From contig JBHLOI010000007.1 in NCBI GenBank assembly GCA_048940645.1, positions 47,077-111,076 of the forward strand: a DNA stretch of 64,000 nt, written 5' to 3'. The notes beneath the pieces are model-generated. The model saw nothing but the letters and a program-made list of their open reading frames with translations. It was not told the DNA's origin and ran no database searches. This document shows, piece after piece, positions 51,345 to 60,718 of the stretch. The DNA is from Promethearchaeota archaeon. GTDB taxonomy: Archaea > Asgardarchaeota > Lokiarchaeia > Sigyniarchaeales > SOKP01. The stretch's first letter is position 1, and the number at the start of each line of letters is the position of its first letter. The position numbers were made by a program, and so were the translations under genes.

Positions 51345-52193
51345 TTAATATATTTGAAGATCGTTTCCAGAAACAACTTTTCCATCATATTTTTTCTTAA
51401 CTTCGGTTAAAATATCCTCTTCACTAGCACCCCAAAAAAGTTGGTGATAGAGAATTAATAAACCAGGCTTTACATTAGTAGCTATCTCAGCAAGTTCATA
51501 GGAGGATGTATGTACACTAGAATGATATGTCTTCCATTCAAGAGGTAATCTTTCAAACATTTTCGAGGAATAAACTTCATGAACCAAAATATCACATCCC
51601 CTATAATAGTCAACACACTCATCAAAAGGAGCTGTATCGCCTGAAATGATAATTGTTTTGTCTGATGTAATGAATTTAAAACCAAGTGAAGCTAAACTGC
51701 CATGATTAACTGGAAATGCTTCTACATTTATGTAATTATCTTCATAGATGATTCCTGATTTTATTTCTTTAACTTTAACTTGATAACCATTATTATTTGC
51801 AGGTTCTAATCCATCTAGTCTTTCTGTAATATCATGATTATATGCCTTAAGAAGGTAATCTGTCATTTCTTGTGTTCCTTGAGGACCAAAAATCTCAAGT
51901 GGATTAGATCGCCCCATTACCCATGGCGTTAGTATAAGATCTGGATATCCTAATGTGTGATCTGAATGTAAATGCGTTAAAAACCCTTTCTCTAATCCAG
52001 ATGTTTTAAGAGCTTTGATACCTAAGTTAGAAAAAGCTGCATAGGTACGACGAGTGATTCCCACTCCAAAATCTATTAAATACGCTGCGTCTTTCACTAT
52101 TATAACTACTGATGGACCAAACCGCATTGGATCAGGATTGGGATTTCCTGTTCCTAAAAGTACAATTTTTGACTCATTAAAACTAAGATTCAT
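51345..52193 (-). CDS. MBL-fold hydrolase (RNase Z/AtsA-like)
   Basis: LLGTG.P, THLHSDH, H, SGDT, LVHE, HTS, YH. Confidence 0.9.
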   Translation of the reverse strand: MNLSFNESKIVLLGTGNPNPDPMRFGPSVVIIVKDAAYLIDFGVGITRRTYAAFSNLGIKALKTSGLEKGFLTHLHSDHTLGYPDLILTPWVMGRSNPLEIFGPQGTQEMTDYLLKAYNHDITERLDGLEPANNNGYQVKVKEIKSGIIYEDNYINVEAFPVNHGSLASLGFKFITSDKTIIISGDTAPFDECVDYYRGCDILVHEVYSSKMFERLPLEWKTYHSSVHTSSYELAEIATNVKPGLLILYHQLFWGASEEDILTEVKKKYDGKVVSGNDLQIY

Positions 52194-52312
52194 CTAATCA
52201 ACTCAAAAAATTCTAAAATATATGATATTAATTACTATGAGCTTACTTATTATTATTTTTTTACAAAAGAATAGGTTTAGCAAATATCTAAAAAAAATAA
52301 AAGCTAATTAAA

Positions 52313-53710
52313 TTAGCTCTTCATATCTAAAATTTCTTCAAATGTTGGTTTTTCTTGAATATCTAAAAGTTTAAAGGAATCAATCAATTGAATTAAACCG
52401 TACACTTCTACATTATGATTGTATAGTTCATTTGCATCATACAAGTTTCTATAACAGAAGGGGCACTCAGTTGTAACTATATCTGCACCAACAGCATTTG
52501 CCTCATCTAATCGTAAACTAGATGTTTTTAATGAGAAATCAGGATATCCTGCTCGCACTCCGCCACCTGCACCACAGCAAAAGCTATCAAGCTTTATTCT
52601 ATACATCTCTTTAAATACAATGCCAACATCTTGTTCTAATTGTTTTAGTATGATTCGGGGGATTTCATACCATTCTGCAATCATTTGTCTAATCTTTCGG
52701 CTATCCATCATAAGGTTTTTAGATTCCTCGATTATGCTTTGTTCTATTTCTAAAGCCATGTGTCTTCCAAGATGGCATGGATCGTGGTATGTAACAACTT
52801 TACCCTTTAATTGCTTGTTTGGTTTAAATTTTATTTTTTCTGATGTAATTAACCGAGAAACTAACTCGAATGCATGCATTGTTTTAAAAGGCAAACTTTC
52901 TTCAGCCATCCATTTAGGGTAATCGTTTGAAAAAGTCTTGAAGCATCCTGCGCAGCTAAAAAAGATTAAATCGAAATCTTTAAAAGCCTTTAGGTTCTTA
53001 TTCATTAATTCTTGAGCAATATCAACCGCACCTACTCTAAAAAAAGGACTTCCACAACAAACTTCATCACTTATTAAGGTAAAATTGATTCCTAATTGCT
53101 CAAAGATTTTACAAGTAGCAACTGCAATCTCCATTTGCCTATAACTTGCTGTACAACCTACGTAGTATCCTACTTTTGCTTCTTTATTATCAATGTATTT
53201 TTCTAAGCCAGCATCCTTGGCCCATTTTAAACGTTCGTCAGCAGCACCACCATAAGGGTTATTTCTTTCCATAGTTAGCTTTTTGACTAATTCATGTTTC
53301 TCTATCATTGGAACTCCAGCTTCTACACAAGCAGCTCTTAAAGATTCTATAATATCAACAGTTCTAACTTTATTTTCACATTGAGCACTACACTGTCCAC
53401 AAGTAATACAAGGCATAATAACATCTCTAACTTCTTCAGAAAATTCCAAATCTTCATTTAAAATTGATCTTGCTATCCAAATTTTCCCCGCATTCCAAAA
53501 TGCTTCCCAACCGTATTCTATCCCAGCTGGGCAAGCATCAACCATACCTTCATAAAGTACTGTTCCTTGCTTACCAACATGTTCTCCAATTCCTTTCCTA
53601 TCTGGTTCACCTGAATAGGCAAATCTACACGCTTTACAGTGTATGCATTTGAATATATCTTTTCTTAATTCTTCCAACCTTTCCATTCCTGTTTTTGCCA
53701 TTTTTTCCAC
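52313..53710 (-). CDS. HdrD/GlpC-like Fe-S oxidoreductase (2 ferredoxin motifs + 2 CCG domains)
   Basis: CIHCKAC..CP, CITCGQC..C, GC, CCG, C..C, YHDPCHLGR, CCGAGGG, CPFC. Confidence 0.92.
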   Translation of the reverse strand: MEKMAKTGMERLEELRKDIFKCIHCKACRFAYSGEPDRKGIGEHVGKQGTVLYEGMVDACPAGIEYGWEAFWNAGKIWIARSILNEDLEFSEEVRDVIMPCITCGQCSAQCENKVRTVDIIESLRAACVEAGVPMIEKHELVKKLTMERNNPYGGAADERLKWAKDAGLEKYIDNKEAKVGYYVGCTASYRQMEIAVATCKIFEQLGINFTLISDEVCCGSPFFRVGAVDIAQELMNKNLKAFKDFDLIFFSCAGCFKTFSNDYPKWMAEESLPFKTMHAFELVSRLITSEKIKFKPNKQLKGKVVTYHDPCHLGRHMALEIEQSIIEESKNLMMDSRKIRQMIAEWYEIPRIILKQLEQDVGIVFKEMYRIKLDSFCCGAGGGVRAGYPDFSLKTSSLRLDEANAVGADIVTTECPFCYRNLYDANELYNHNVEVYGLIQLIDSFKLLDIQEKPTFEEILDMKS

Positions 53711-53719
53711 CTCTTTTGT

Positions 53720-55225
53720 TTACGGAAGAGCAAGTCTTCCTGGATGCATTATCATATTAGGATCAACAAGCTTTTTGAAGGCTCTCAAATATTTCCAATA
53801 CATGCCTGACATATAATATGCCTGGACGTGAATGTATGGATCTGGGCGATAATTTAACCATCCTTGTTTTAATCCGTATTCAGTTGTTTTTTGATTTAAT
53901 TCTTGTACTTTTTGAAAATCCTCGTCTTTTGTACTATCAAAACACACGATTGGCATACAAATTGCTTGCCTTCCGCGCTCGATCGATGCTATCCACATCA
54001 CAGGAGGAAAACCATACTTTTCCATCGCATTGCAATACATCTCTGCGAAATGGGCGCATTCATTCCAGGGAGTGTACCATGTAATAAATAGAAAGCCAGC
54101 TTCCCAGAATGAATAAGGAATTGCAATCTTATTCGGTTTCTTTAACCTGCTTGCGATTTGTTTTGGATGTAACTCCTGAGGAGCCATTGCTGCTCCATCT
54201 TTAGCTCTACTTTCCTTAAAATCTTTAGCTTGTCTATTGATAACTTCGATGACATGGTTTAACTCACTTTCTTCTTGAGCCCAAATTTCCCAATTCATCC
54301 ACCACTGCGAAATTCCCATTTCCTTATAAAATTCGTAATCATGTGGTACCTTATCTTTTGGCCATCGTGCCATAACAAGAGGATAATTCCCACCTTGTAC
54401 CATAACTGTATGATGGGAAACTCCAAATTCTTTTTTTGCAACCTCCAAGGTCAGGTTTTGCATATCATAAGGGTTTGACATGCCCCAAACTATTACAGTT
54501 TTGTATTCTGGATGTGGGTAAATCTTTACGGCTGCTTTTGTCACAACTCCTAAAGCACCTTGGGAACCCATTAAGAAGCTCCACATATCTGGACCTAGAC
54601 CATATTTATAGAATGGTTTCGCAGTAGGTAGAGCCCAAGAGCCTGTTCGGACGACATCCCCATTAGGAAAAACAACTTCTCCACACATAAAGTTATCGCC
54701 TTGTGGTCCTACTGAAGAAGTATAAAGTGAAAAACCTCTATCAATAGCATCACCCATAACGGTTGCTGCTGGAGGAGCACCATCTGGAATTGGTGGAGCC
54801 CAATCTGGATGATTCTTAGCCATATAAGCCCATAACTGGCCACAAGTAACTCCTGGTTCCACAATACAATAACGATTTTCTTCGTCAACTTCAATAATTC
54901 TATCCATTCTTCCTAAATCTAGAAGCACTCCACCTGGTCTAACTGTAGGGCATGCAAATCCGCCAGATAACCCTGCTGAAACTGGACTCACAGGAATCTT
55001 TTCTGCTGAACAATAAATCAAAACTTTTCTAATTTCTTCAACGTATTTCGGTCTTACAACGATATCTGGAATCTGGGATTCTAATCCCATTACAGATTTG
55101 GCAAGATATGAGGCTGTGATTGCCTTATTGTTGGTAGCATAATTTTTACCGACAATACCGATCATAGCTTCTAAATCTTTTTCAACTGGTAATTTATAGC
55201 TCATAATCCTTAACCTTTTAACCAA
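53720..55225 (-). CDS. FAD-linked oxidoreductase (VAO/PCMH/GlcD superfamily)
   Basis: PD.VVRP, LDL.RMDRI, VEPGVT, GSQG.LGVVTK, DPNMIMHPG. Confidence 0.9.
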   Translation of the reverse strand: MVKRLRIMSYKLPVEKDLEAMIGIVGKNYATNNKAITASYLAKSVMGLESQIPDIVVRPKYVEEIRKVLIYCSAEKIPVSPVSAGLSGGFACPTVRPGGVLLDLGRMDRIIEVDEENRYCIVEPGVTCGQLWAYMAKNHPDWAPPIPDGAPPAATVMGDAIDRGFSLYTSSVGPQGDNFMCGEVVFPNGDVVRTGSWALPTAKPFYKYGLGPDMWSFLMGSQGALGVVTKAAVKIYPHPEYKTVIVWGMSNPYDMQNLTLEVAKKEFGVSHHTVMVQGGNYPLVMARWPKDKVPHDYEFYKEMGISQWWMNWEIWAQEESELNHVIEVINRQAKDFKESRAKDGAAMAPQELHPKQIASRLKKPNKIAIPYSFWEAGFLFITWYTPWNECAHFAEMYCNAMEKYGFPPVMWIASIERGRQAICMPIVCFDSTKDEDFQKVQELNQKTTEYGLKQGWLNYRPDPYIHVQAYYMSGMYWKYLRAFKKLVDPNMIMHPGRLALP

Positions 55226-55400
55226 TCTTCATATTTTTTGATTTTTTTAACTTTAATGAATTATTTTAGAAAATTAAGTACTGAATTTTAAATTTGTTAT
55301 GGAGGTATTCAAAATAAAGAAGATTTTTTCTTATAACTAAAATGTTGATTTATTATAAAGATAAAAAAATTTTTAAAAAAATTTTCAAAATAGAACAATT

Positions 55401-55784
55401 CTAGTTAATATTCACAACTTTAGAGTTTTGAATAACTTTCTTAATTTCTTTATTTAATTGATCAATACTAAAGGGTTTTTCAATAAAACTCTTTGCTCCA
55501 ATTGATAGCGCCTGTTTTTTTACGGAATTATCCGCACTTATAAAGATAATATTTGTATGAGAATTTAATCTAGTAAGCTCGAGAGTAGTATCAATTCCAT
55601 TTTTAATAGGCATTCTGTGATCCATCAAAACAATGTCAGGTTTGTTTATTAGAGACTTAAAAATATTAATTGCTTCAGAGCCATTCCCTGCTTTGCCAAT
55701 TATCTTAAATCCTTGCGTTTTTAGCATCATTTCATATAATTTCTGCAAGTATATGTCATCCTCTACAATTAAAATTGAAGTCAA
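55401..55784 (-). CDS. Single-domain response regulator
   Basis: VEDD, MDHRMP..NG, SA, KPF. Confidence 0.95.
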   Translation of the reverse strand: MTSILIVEDDIYLQKLYEMMLKTQGFKIIGKAGNGSEAINIFKSLINKPDIVLMDHRMPIKNGIDTTLELTRLNSHTNIIFISADNSVKKQALSIGAKSFIEKPFSIDQLNKEIKKVIQNSKVVNIN

Positions 55785-55785
55785 A

Positions 55786-58035
55786 TTACTCCACCTCTGG
55801 TATCAATATTATAAATTTACTTCCTTGAGAATAATCACCGTTAACTTTATCTTCAACCCAGATTTGTCCATTGTAAATTCCAATTACTTTCTTTACGAGT
55901 GTTAATCCCAGTCCCAAACCCTTAATAATGCCCTTGTGATTATAACCTCTCTGAAAAACTTTTTCTTTCATTTCATTTGGAATACCGATACCATTGTCGA
56001 TAAATTCCATTCGAATAAAGTTTCTTCCATCAAAAATCTCTTTTGAGACCTTTATTATTAATTCTATTGAAGAATTTCGATTGTACCTTATAGCATTGAT
56101 TAAAATATTTTCAAAAACGTCTGGTAATAACTCATTTGCTTTAATGAATATTTGCCCTTCATCATAGAGAATTTCAAGATTAATATTTTTATTTTGAAAG
56201 GACTTGATGATGTAATTTTTAACTTCATTGAGAACTCCAACTAATTCAACCTTTTTCAAATGTGATTCAATTTCTTCAATTTCTGAAAGTTTCCTTACAT
56301 TTGAGATTAAGTTCGAGCCTCTAATAATTTGATCTTTAATAATATCAAGGAAATTATTTCCTTTTCTTATATTCATTTCTTCTAATAATAAAGAAAGTAA
56401 TTCAGCGGATGATTGAATATTTTGAAAAATATTATTTATATCATGAGCGAAAAGATCTTTGTAAAAATTAGAACGATTAAAAGCTTCCCGATATCTTTTT
56501 TCTGATTCTTTTAACTCATTTGCTGCTTCTTTTTTATCCGAAATATCCTCTAATATGAATTGTATTAATGATTCGTCTCCTACCTTTGTCAATGATATAC
56601 TACTATTTACCCAAATTATACCTCCAATTGATCTATTTATAGGGAATTCCAAATTTTTAATCTTTTCACCATTGATTACTTTTCCAATTACATCTTCGAA
56701 AAATGGTATTAAATTTTTGTTTTTTTCACGAAGGAACCAAATTTCTTTATAATTTCTACCAATTAAGTCATCTATAGTATGTTTTGATAAAAACCTATTT
56801 GTAGATGTGTTACAATCGATTATATTGCCTTTAAGATCTAATAATACTATGCCATAAGGAGAAGTATCAAAAAGGTGACGAAATTTTTTTTCTGAAGCTT
56901 TTAGTTTTTGTTCAGAGATTTTTCTTTCACCAAAATCACGGACTATTGTTATTATTTGATTTACTTTTCCCTTACTAATTATTGGAATTTTTCGAGACTC
57001 AGTGAAATAAGTTGTTCCCTTAATAAAAGTCTCCTCGTCTGTGATAAGTGTTTTTCCAGAATCTAATACTTCTTTGTATTCATCAATAACTTTTTCAGGT
57101 AAAAAAGGAAAGGCTTCATTTAGTCTTTTACCTAACACATCGGTTCGTAAACCTATAACCTCAAGCCATCTTTTAATTGCTGGATTAATAAGAATAAGTC
57201 TTAAATCTTTATCAATAACGTGTATGGCATCACCCATTGAATCAATTGTATTACGATATTGTAGTTCTGTATCTTTTAATTTTTCTTCAGCTTGTTTAAT
57301 CTTTGTAATTTCATTAGTGATTTCAACGGTGGCTATAACATTTCCTTCTTCATCTAAAACGGGAAATCCTTTAACTAACCATACTCTTCCATCTGGAGTA
57401 GTCATTTCTGCCTTAGTTGGGGTACAAGTTTCAACTGCAGAAGTAACTGGGCAACTGGGGCATTTATCATCCCGATTATTCCAAATCTTATGACATTTTT
57501 TTCCTATTAATTGATCAGTAGTTAAGTTAACTGAATCTGCCGCGGCTTTATTTGTCCAGATAATTCTATTATTTAAATCTTGATAAACGATATGCTCTGA
57601 AATGCTTTCTAATATTATAGATTTTTCGCTTTCAGCCTTCTTCAATAAATTTTCTGCTTCTTTTTGTTTACTAATATCTTCGGTATAAACAATAACGAGA
57701 TTCGGTGCTATATAGTTATAAGTTGTATAAAGAACCTTCTGTTTACCAGAAGTCTTATATTTATAAAGTATTTCTTTTGAAAAATTAAATTTTTCATAAA
57801 AACATGTTTTTAGATCCTTAGATACTTCAGAATCTTCATCGTATATATCTGTTAAGCTTAAACCTAAATAATCTGAAACTTTTCCTTCAGTAATAATTTC
57901 TGCTGCCTTATTATAGTCAATTAATTTGAAATCATCATTATCTATTTTCCAGATATAAGTAGGAGTAGGGATACTCTTAAAAATAGACTTATAATTTCCG
58001 ACATTAAAGTTCGACTCAAGATTTTTATTGCTCAA
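55786..58035 (-). CDS. Cytoplasmic multi-PAS histidine kinase
   Basis: ~4 PAS domains; AHDINN, ENILINA, DNGIG, F, GLGLGL; no TM. Confidence 0.95.
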   Translation of the reverse strand: MSNKNLESNFNVGNYKSIFKSIPTPTYIWKIDNDDFKLIDYNKAAEIITEGKVSDYLGLSLTDIYDEDSEVSKDLKTCFYEKFNFSKEILYKYKTSGKQKVLYTTYNYIAPNLVIVYTEDISKQKEAENLLKKAESEKSIILESISEHIVYQDLNNRIIWTNKAAADSVNLTTDQLIGKKCHKIWNNRDDKCPSCPVTSAVETCTPTKAEMTTPDGRVWLVKGFPVLDEEGNVIATVEITNEITKIKQAEEKLKDTELQYRNTIDSMGDAIHVIDKDLRLILINPAIKRWLEVIGLRTDVLGKRLNEAFPFLPEKVIDEYKEVLDSGKTLITDEETFIKGTTYFTESRKIPIISKGKVNQIITIVRDFGERKISEQKLKASEKKFRHLFDTSPYGIVLLDLKGNIIDCNTSTNRFLSKHTIDDLIGRNYKEIWFLREKNKNLIPFFEDVIGKVINGEKIKNLEFPINRSIGGIIWVNSSISLTKVGDESLIQFILEDISDKKEAANELKESEKRYREAFNRSNFYKDLFAHDINNIFQNIQSSAELLSLLLEEMNIRKGNNFLDIIKDQIIRGSNLISNVRKLSEIEEIESHLKKVELVGVLNEVKNYIIKSFQNKNINLEILYDEGQIFIKANELLPDVFENILINAIRYNRNSSIELIIKVSKEIFDGRNFIRMEFIDNGIGIPNEMKEKVFQRGYNHKGIIKGLGLGLTLVKKVIGIYNGQIWVEDKVNGDYSQGSKFIILIPEVE

Positions 58036-58181
58036 AATATTATCAACAGTCTTTATCTCTATCAGAAGATAAGTTTGACCTTATTGTTAACCCTTTTTTT
58101 GCTAAATAGATAGATAGAAGTTGGCTTATTTAATGATTCGTATTATGAAATTTTTTATACATAAATGAGTAGAAAATTTAA

Positions 58182-58985
58182 TTATTTTTTTAATAATTTT
58201 TTTGAAGAATAGCGAATACCAATGAAAAGGAAGAACAATGAAAAAATCAACGCTAAGGGGAGATATCCTACAATTATATATGTAAAGCCAGGTTCTATAG
58301 AAAAGAAATATAAAGTTATTGTAACCGCCAAATATATAAAAGAATTTACTGTAGCGATTTTCCAATTAGGAGAAAGATACCCAAGGATTAAGTTTGGAAG
58401 CAAAAATAGTATGATTATATTTACAGTTGATAATAAAATTAAAGATGGCATAAATCGAGTTAAAAGTTGGGAAGGATTTAAATATCGATTCAGCTGAAAA
58501 ACAGTATAAAGAAAATTCGTAGCAAAAATACTTAAAAAAATAAGTAGATATGATAATGGTGCCACAATTAACCAAGCAATTAAAAATCTAATTTTTGGTG
58601 ATTGCATTATTTTTCCTTTCATATTATTTTGGATTATTTTTTCCATGTCTTCCTCAAAAATTTTTTCAGGATTGAAATCTGGAGCGTAGGTATCTATAAA
58701 ATCTTGTAAAATATCTTTTAAAATAGTTAAAATTAACTGGTTATTATCGTTTGAGCTAACAATTACAGCTCCAAGCATATTTTCTTCTGATATGGGAAGC
58801 AAAATGAGTTTATTATTTTGCCCTAAATCAACGTTTTTAATTACACTTCCTAATGCTTCCCTGCTAAAATTAGCGATTGATGCGAAAAATCCTACTAAAA
58901 TATTATCGTCATACTTCTCTCTCATAAAATTTTTAGAATATAAGACAATTCCATTTTCATCCATAATATAAAGACTCTTAAACAT
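58182..58985 (-). CDS. Longin-like domain fused to 4 TM helices
   Basis: SLYIMDENGIVLYSKNF..DDNILVGFFASIANFSREALG..I..V; IL..F...Y; hydrophobic C-terminal half; SD GGAGG upstream. Confidence 0.75.
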   Translation of the reverse strand: MFKSLYIMDENGIVLYSKNFMREKYDDNILVGFFASIANFSREALGSVIKNVDLGQNNKLILLPISEENMLGAVIVSSNDNNQLILTILKDILQDFIDTYAPDFNPEKIFEEDMEKIIQNNMKGKIMQSPKIRFLIAWLIVAPLSYLLIFLSIFATNFLYTVFQLNRYLNPSQLLTRFMPSLILLSTVNIIILFLLPNLILGYLSPNWKIATVNSFIYLAVTITLYFFSIEPGFTYIIVGYLPLALIFSLFFLFIGIRYSSKKLLKK

Positions 58986-59008
58986 ACAATTACCTCCTAA
59001 TTTTTTGG

Positions 59009-60718
59009 TTAATTTCTTTCTAAATATTCTAAATAATCACCTATTGAAGCTTTTGAAATTTTGAAGCTAAAAAGGTTTGCTCCAAACAATTCAGTTAATT
59101 TTATTATTAATTTATCTGGATTTTCTTTTATGTATATTTTATATTTTTCATTTTTCCTTTCTTCAATTATTCTATTAACTCCTTCGAACTCCTTTATTTT
59201 TTTAATTAAATTCTCATCTGCATTATTGAATTCAACTGTAATGTATTCACCCGCATAGGGTAGTGCATTGATATATTCCTCATGTGTCCCTATTTCAGAT
59301 ACATTTTGAGAAACTGTCAGAATTTGATCACATTTTGAAGAAATTCCTTCGGGGCCATGAAAAATAAGTATTATATGGAATATTTCTTTAATGCGATTCA
59401 TATATTTGTTGAATTTCTCAAAATCTATTCTATTAAGCAATCCAAAAGGTATTGAAAACATTACAATTGTAGGTGATTGAAGCAAAGCTCTTCCAATTGA
59501 AAATAGCAAAAATTCTAAAGGTGTTAATTGAGAAAATCTTTTTTTCTTTTTATTCCATAAGCCCGTGGCTGTTAAAGCATTTTTAATGAATTCTTTCTTG
59601 CGAGTAAATTTTAAAAGAGGAGCTTCGATAAGAAAATCACTTACGAGATCCCCCATTTTAGAAGTTAATCCTGCATTTTTTAAAACTTTATCCAGAGCAA
59701 CTTTTTTTTCTTTAAAAATACCCTTAATATCTATACTATATTGAATTGCTTTTTTAAGCTTCATTTTAGTTATTTTTGACTCATAAGCTTGAGGTAAGAT
59801 AAAAATTCTCTCCATATCATATGAGGGTAATAATTGAATATATCTACCAAAGATCTCAATTCTGCCTAAAAAATTAGGATGCTCACCTGATATAGTCTCA
59901 AAGAGTTTTAATAATGTCAATCTATGCTCAGCATTCTCAAACAAATCTTTATCATAAACAATTCCTATTGATTTGCCTCTATGGATCCTAAATGAGATGT
60001 CTTTTATATTACCTCCTATTGAAAAATTATCAACCACAAGGTGTTGAGAATTATATTTTATAGGTTCTACTTTTAAACGATCCGATACAATTTGAGTTAA
60101 TTTTTCAACTAACTCATATATATGAGGTGGATTTAATTCATGCCATTCTTTGATAATATCAGATTCGTTAAATTCCCTTTCACTTACAATTCTTGAAAGA
60201 GTTTTTGAAAAAGAAAATGAAGGAATAGTTGGAAATTTTTCAAAATTTATATTAAGCTTTACTACAAAATCAGGGAAATAAATTCTTACTTCTCTATGGT
60301 AAGGAATATTATCTATGGGGAAATTTTCATATATTTCATCAAGAAGTTCTACTTCTTTATCCAAGAGTGCTAAATGTTTCTGAAATTCTCTTCTTATAAG
60401 CTTTCTCATTCGACCGATAATTTTCACCGGACTAACAAGTCCATCATCATCAAAATCAGGTTCTACTATGATTTCATCGAAATCTATTTGCTCTTCAATA
60501 GGAGTATAAATTTTTAATAAAGGGACTCCCTTCTCAAGAACATCTTTATTTGTAAAGAATAAAACTTCAAAAAAAGACTTTTTATAAACTAAATTTATAA
60601 TAGAGGCAATTCCAAAAGTATTTTGCCTATAGGTCATCCAAAATCGTTTAGAAAAGCGTATAGCATCTAAGATTTTTAGTCTAAGGCGCTCTAATTCGCC
60701 CATTTTAAAGTTCTTCAA
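59009..60718 (-). CDS. UBC/RWD-like domain(s) fused to a catalytically dead ABC ATPase
   Basis: LNINFEKFPTIPSFSF..IKEWHELNPPHIYELV; ISF.IHRGKSIGI with no Walker A; LTPLE for LSGGQ; RALLQSP.IVMFSIP lacking DE. Confidence 0.7.
   Translation of the reverse strand: MKNFKMGELERLRLKILDAIRFSKRFWMTYRQNTFGIASIINLVYKKSFFEVLFFTNKDVLEKGVPLLKIYTPIEEQIDFDEIIVEPDFDDDGLVSPVKIIGRMRKLIRREFQKHLALLDKEVELLDEIYENFPIDNIPYHREVRIYFPDFVVKLNINFEKFPTIPSFSFSKTLSRIVSEREFNESDIIKEWHELNPPHIYELVEKLTQIVSDRLKVEPIKYNSQHLVVDNFSIGGNIKDISFRIHRGKSIGIVYDKDLFENAEHRLTLLKLFETISGEHPNFLGRIEIFGRYIQLLPSYDMERIFILPQAYESKITKMKLKKAIQYSIDIKGIFKEKKVALDKVLKNAGLTSKMGDLVSDFLIEAPLLKFTRKKEFIKNALTATGLWNKKKKRFSQLTPLEFLLFSIGRALLQSPTIVMFSIPFGLLNRIDFEKFNKYMNRIKEIFHIILIFHGPEGISSKCDQILTVSQNVSEIGTHEEYINALPYAGEYITVEFNNADENLIKKIKEFEGVNRIIEERKNEKYKIYIKENPDKLIIKLTELFGANLFSFKISKASIGDYLEYLERN

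Noticed and set aside
781-59258. Numerous 60-150 aa ORFs overlapping or antisense to larger genes (e.g. 28694-29116, 57041-57493, 23717-24034, 35632-35862)
   Set aside because: Shadow frames of well-supported genes, with no motifs.
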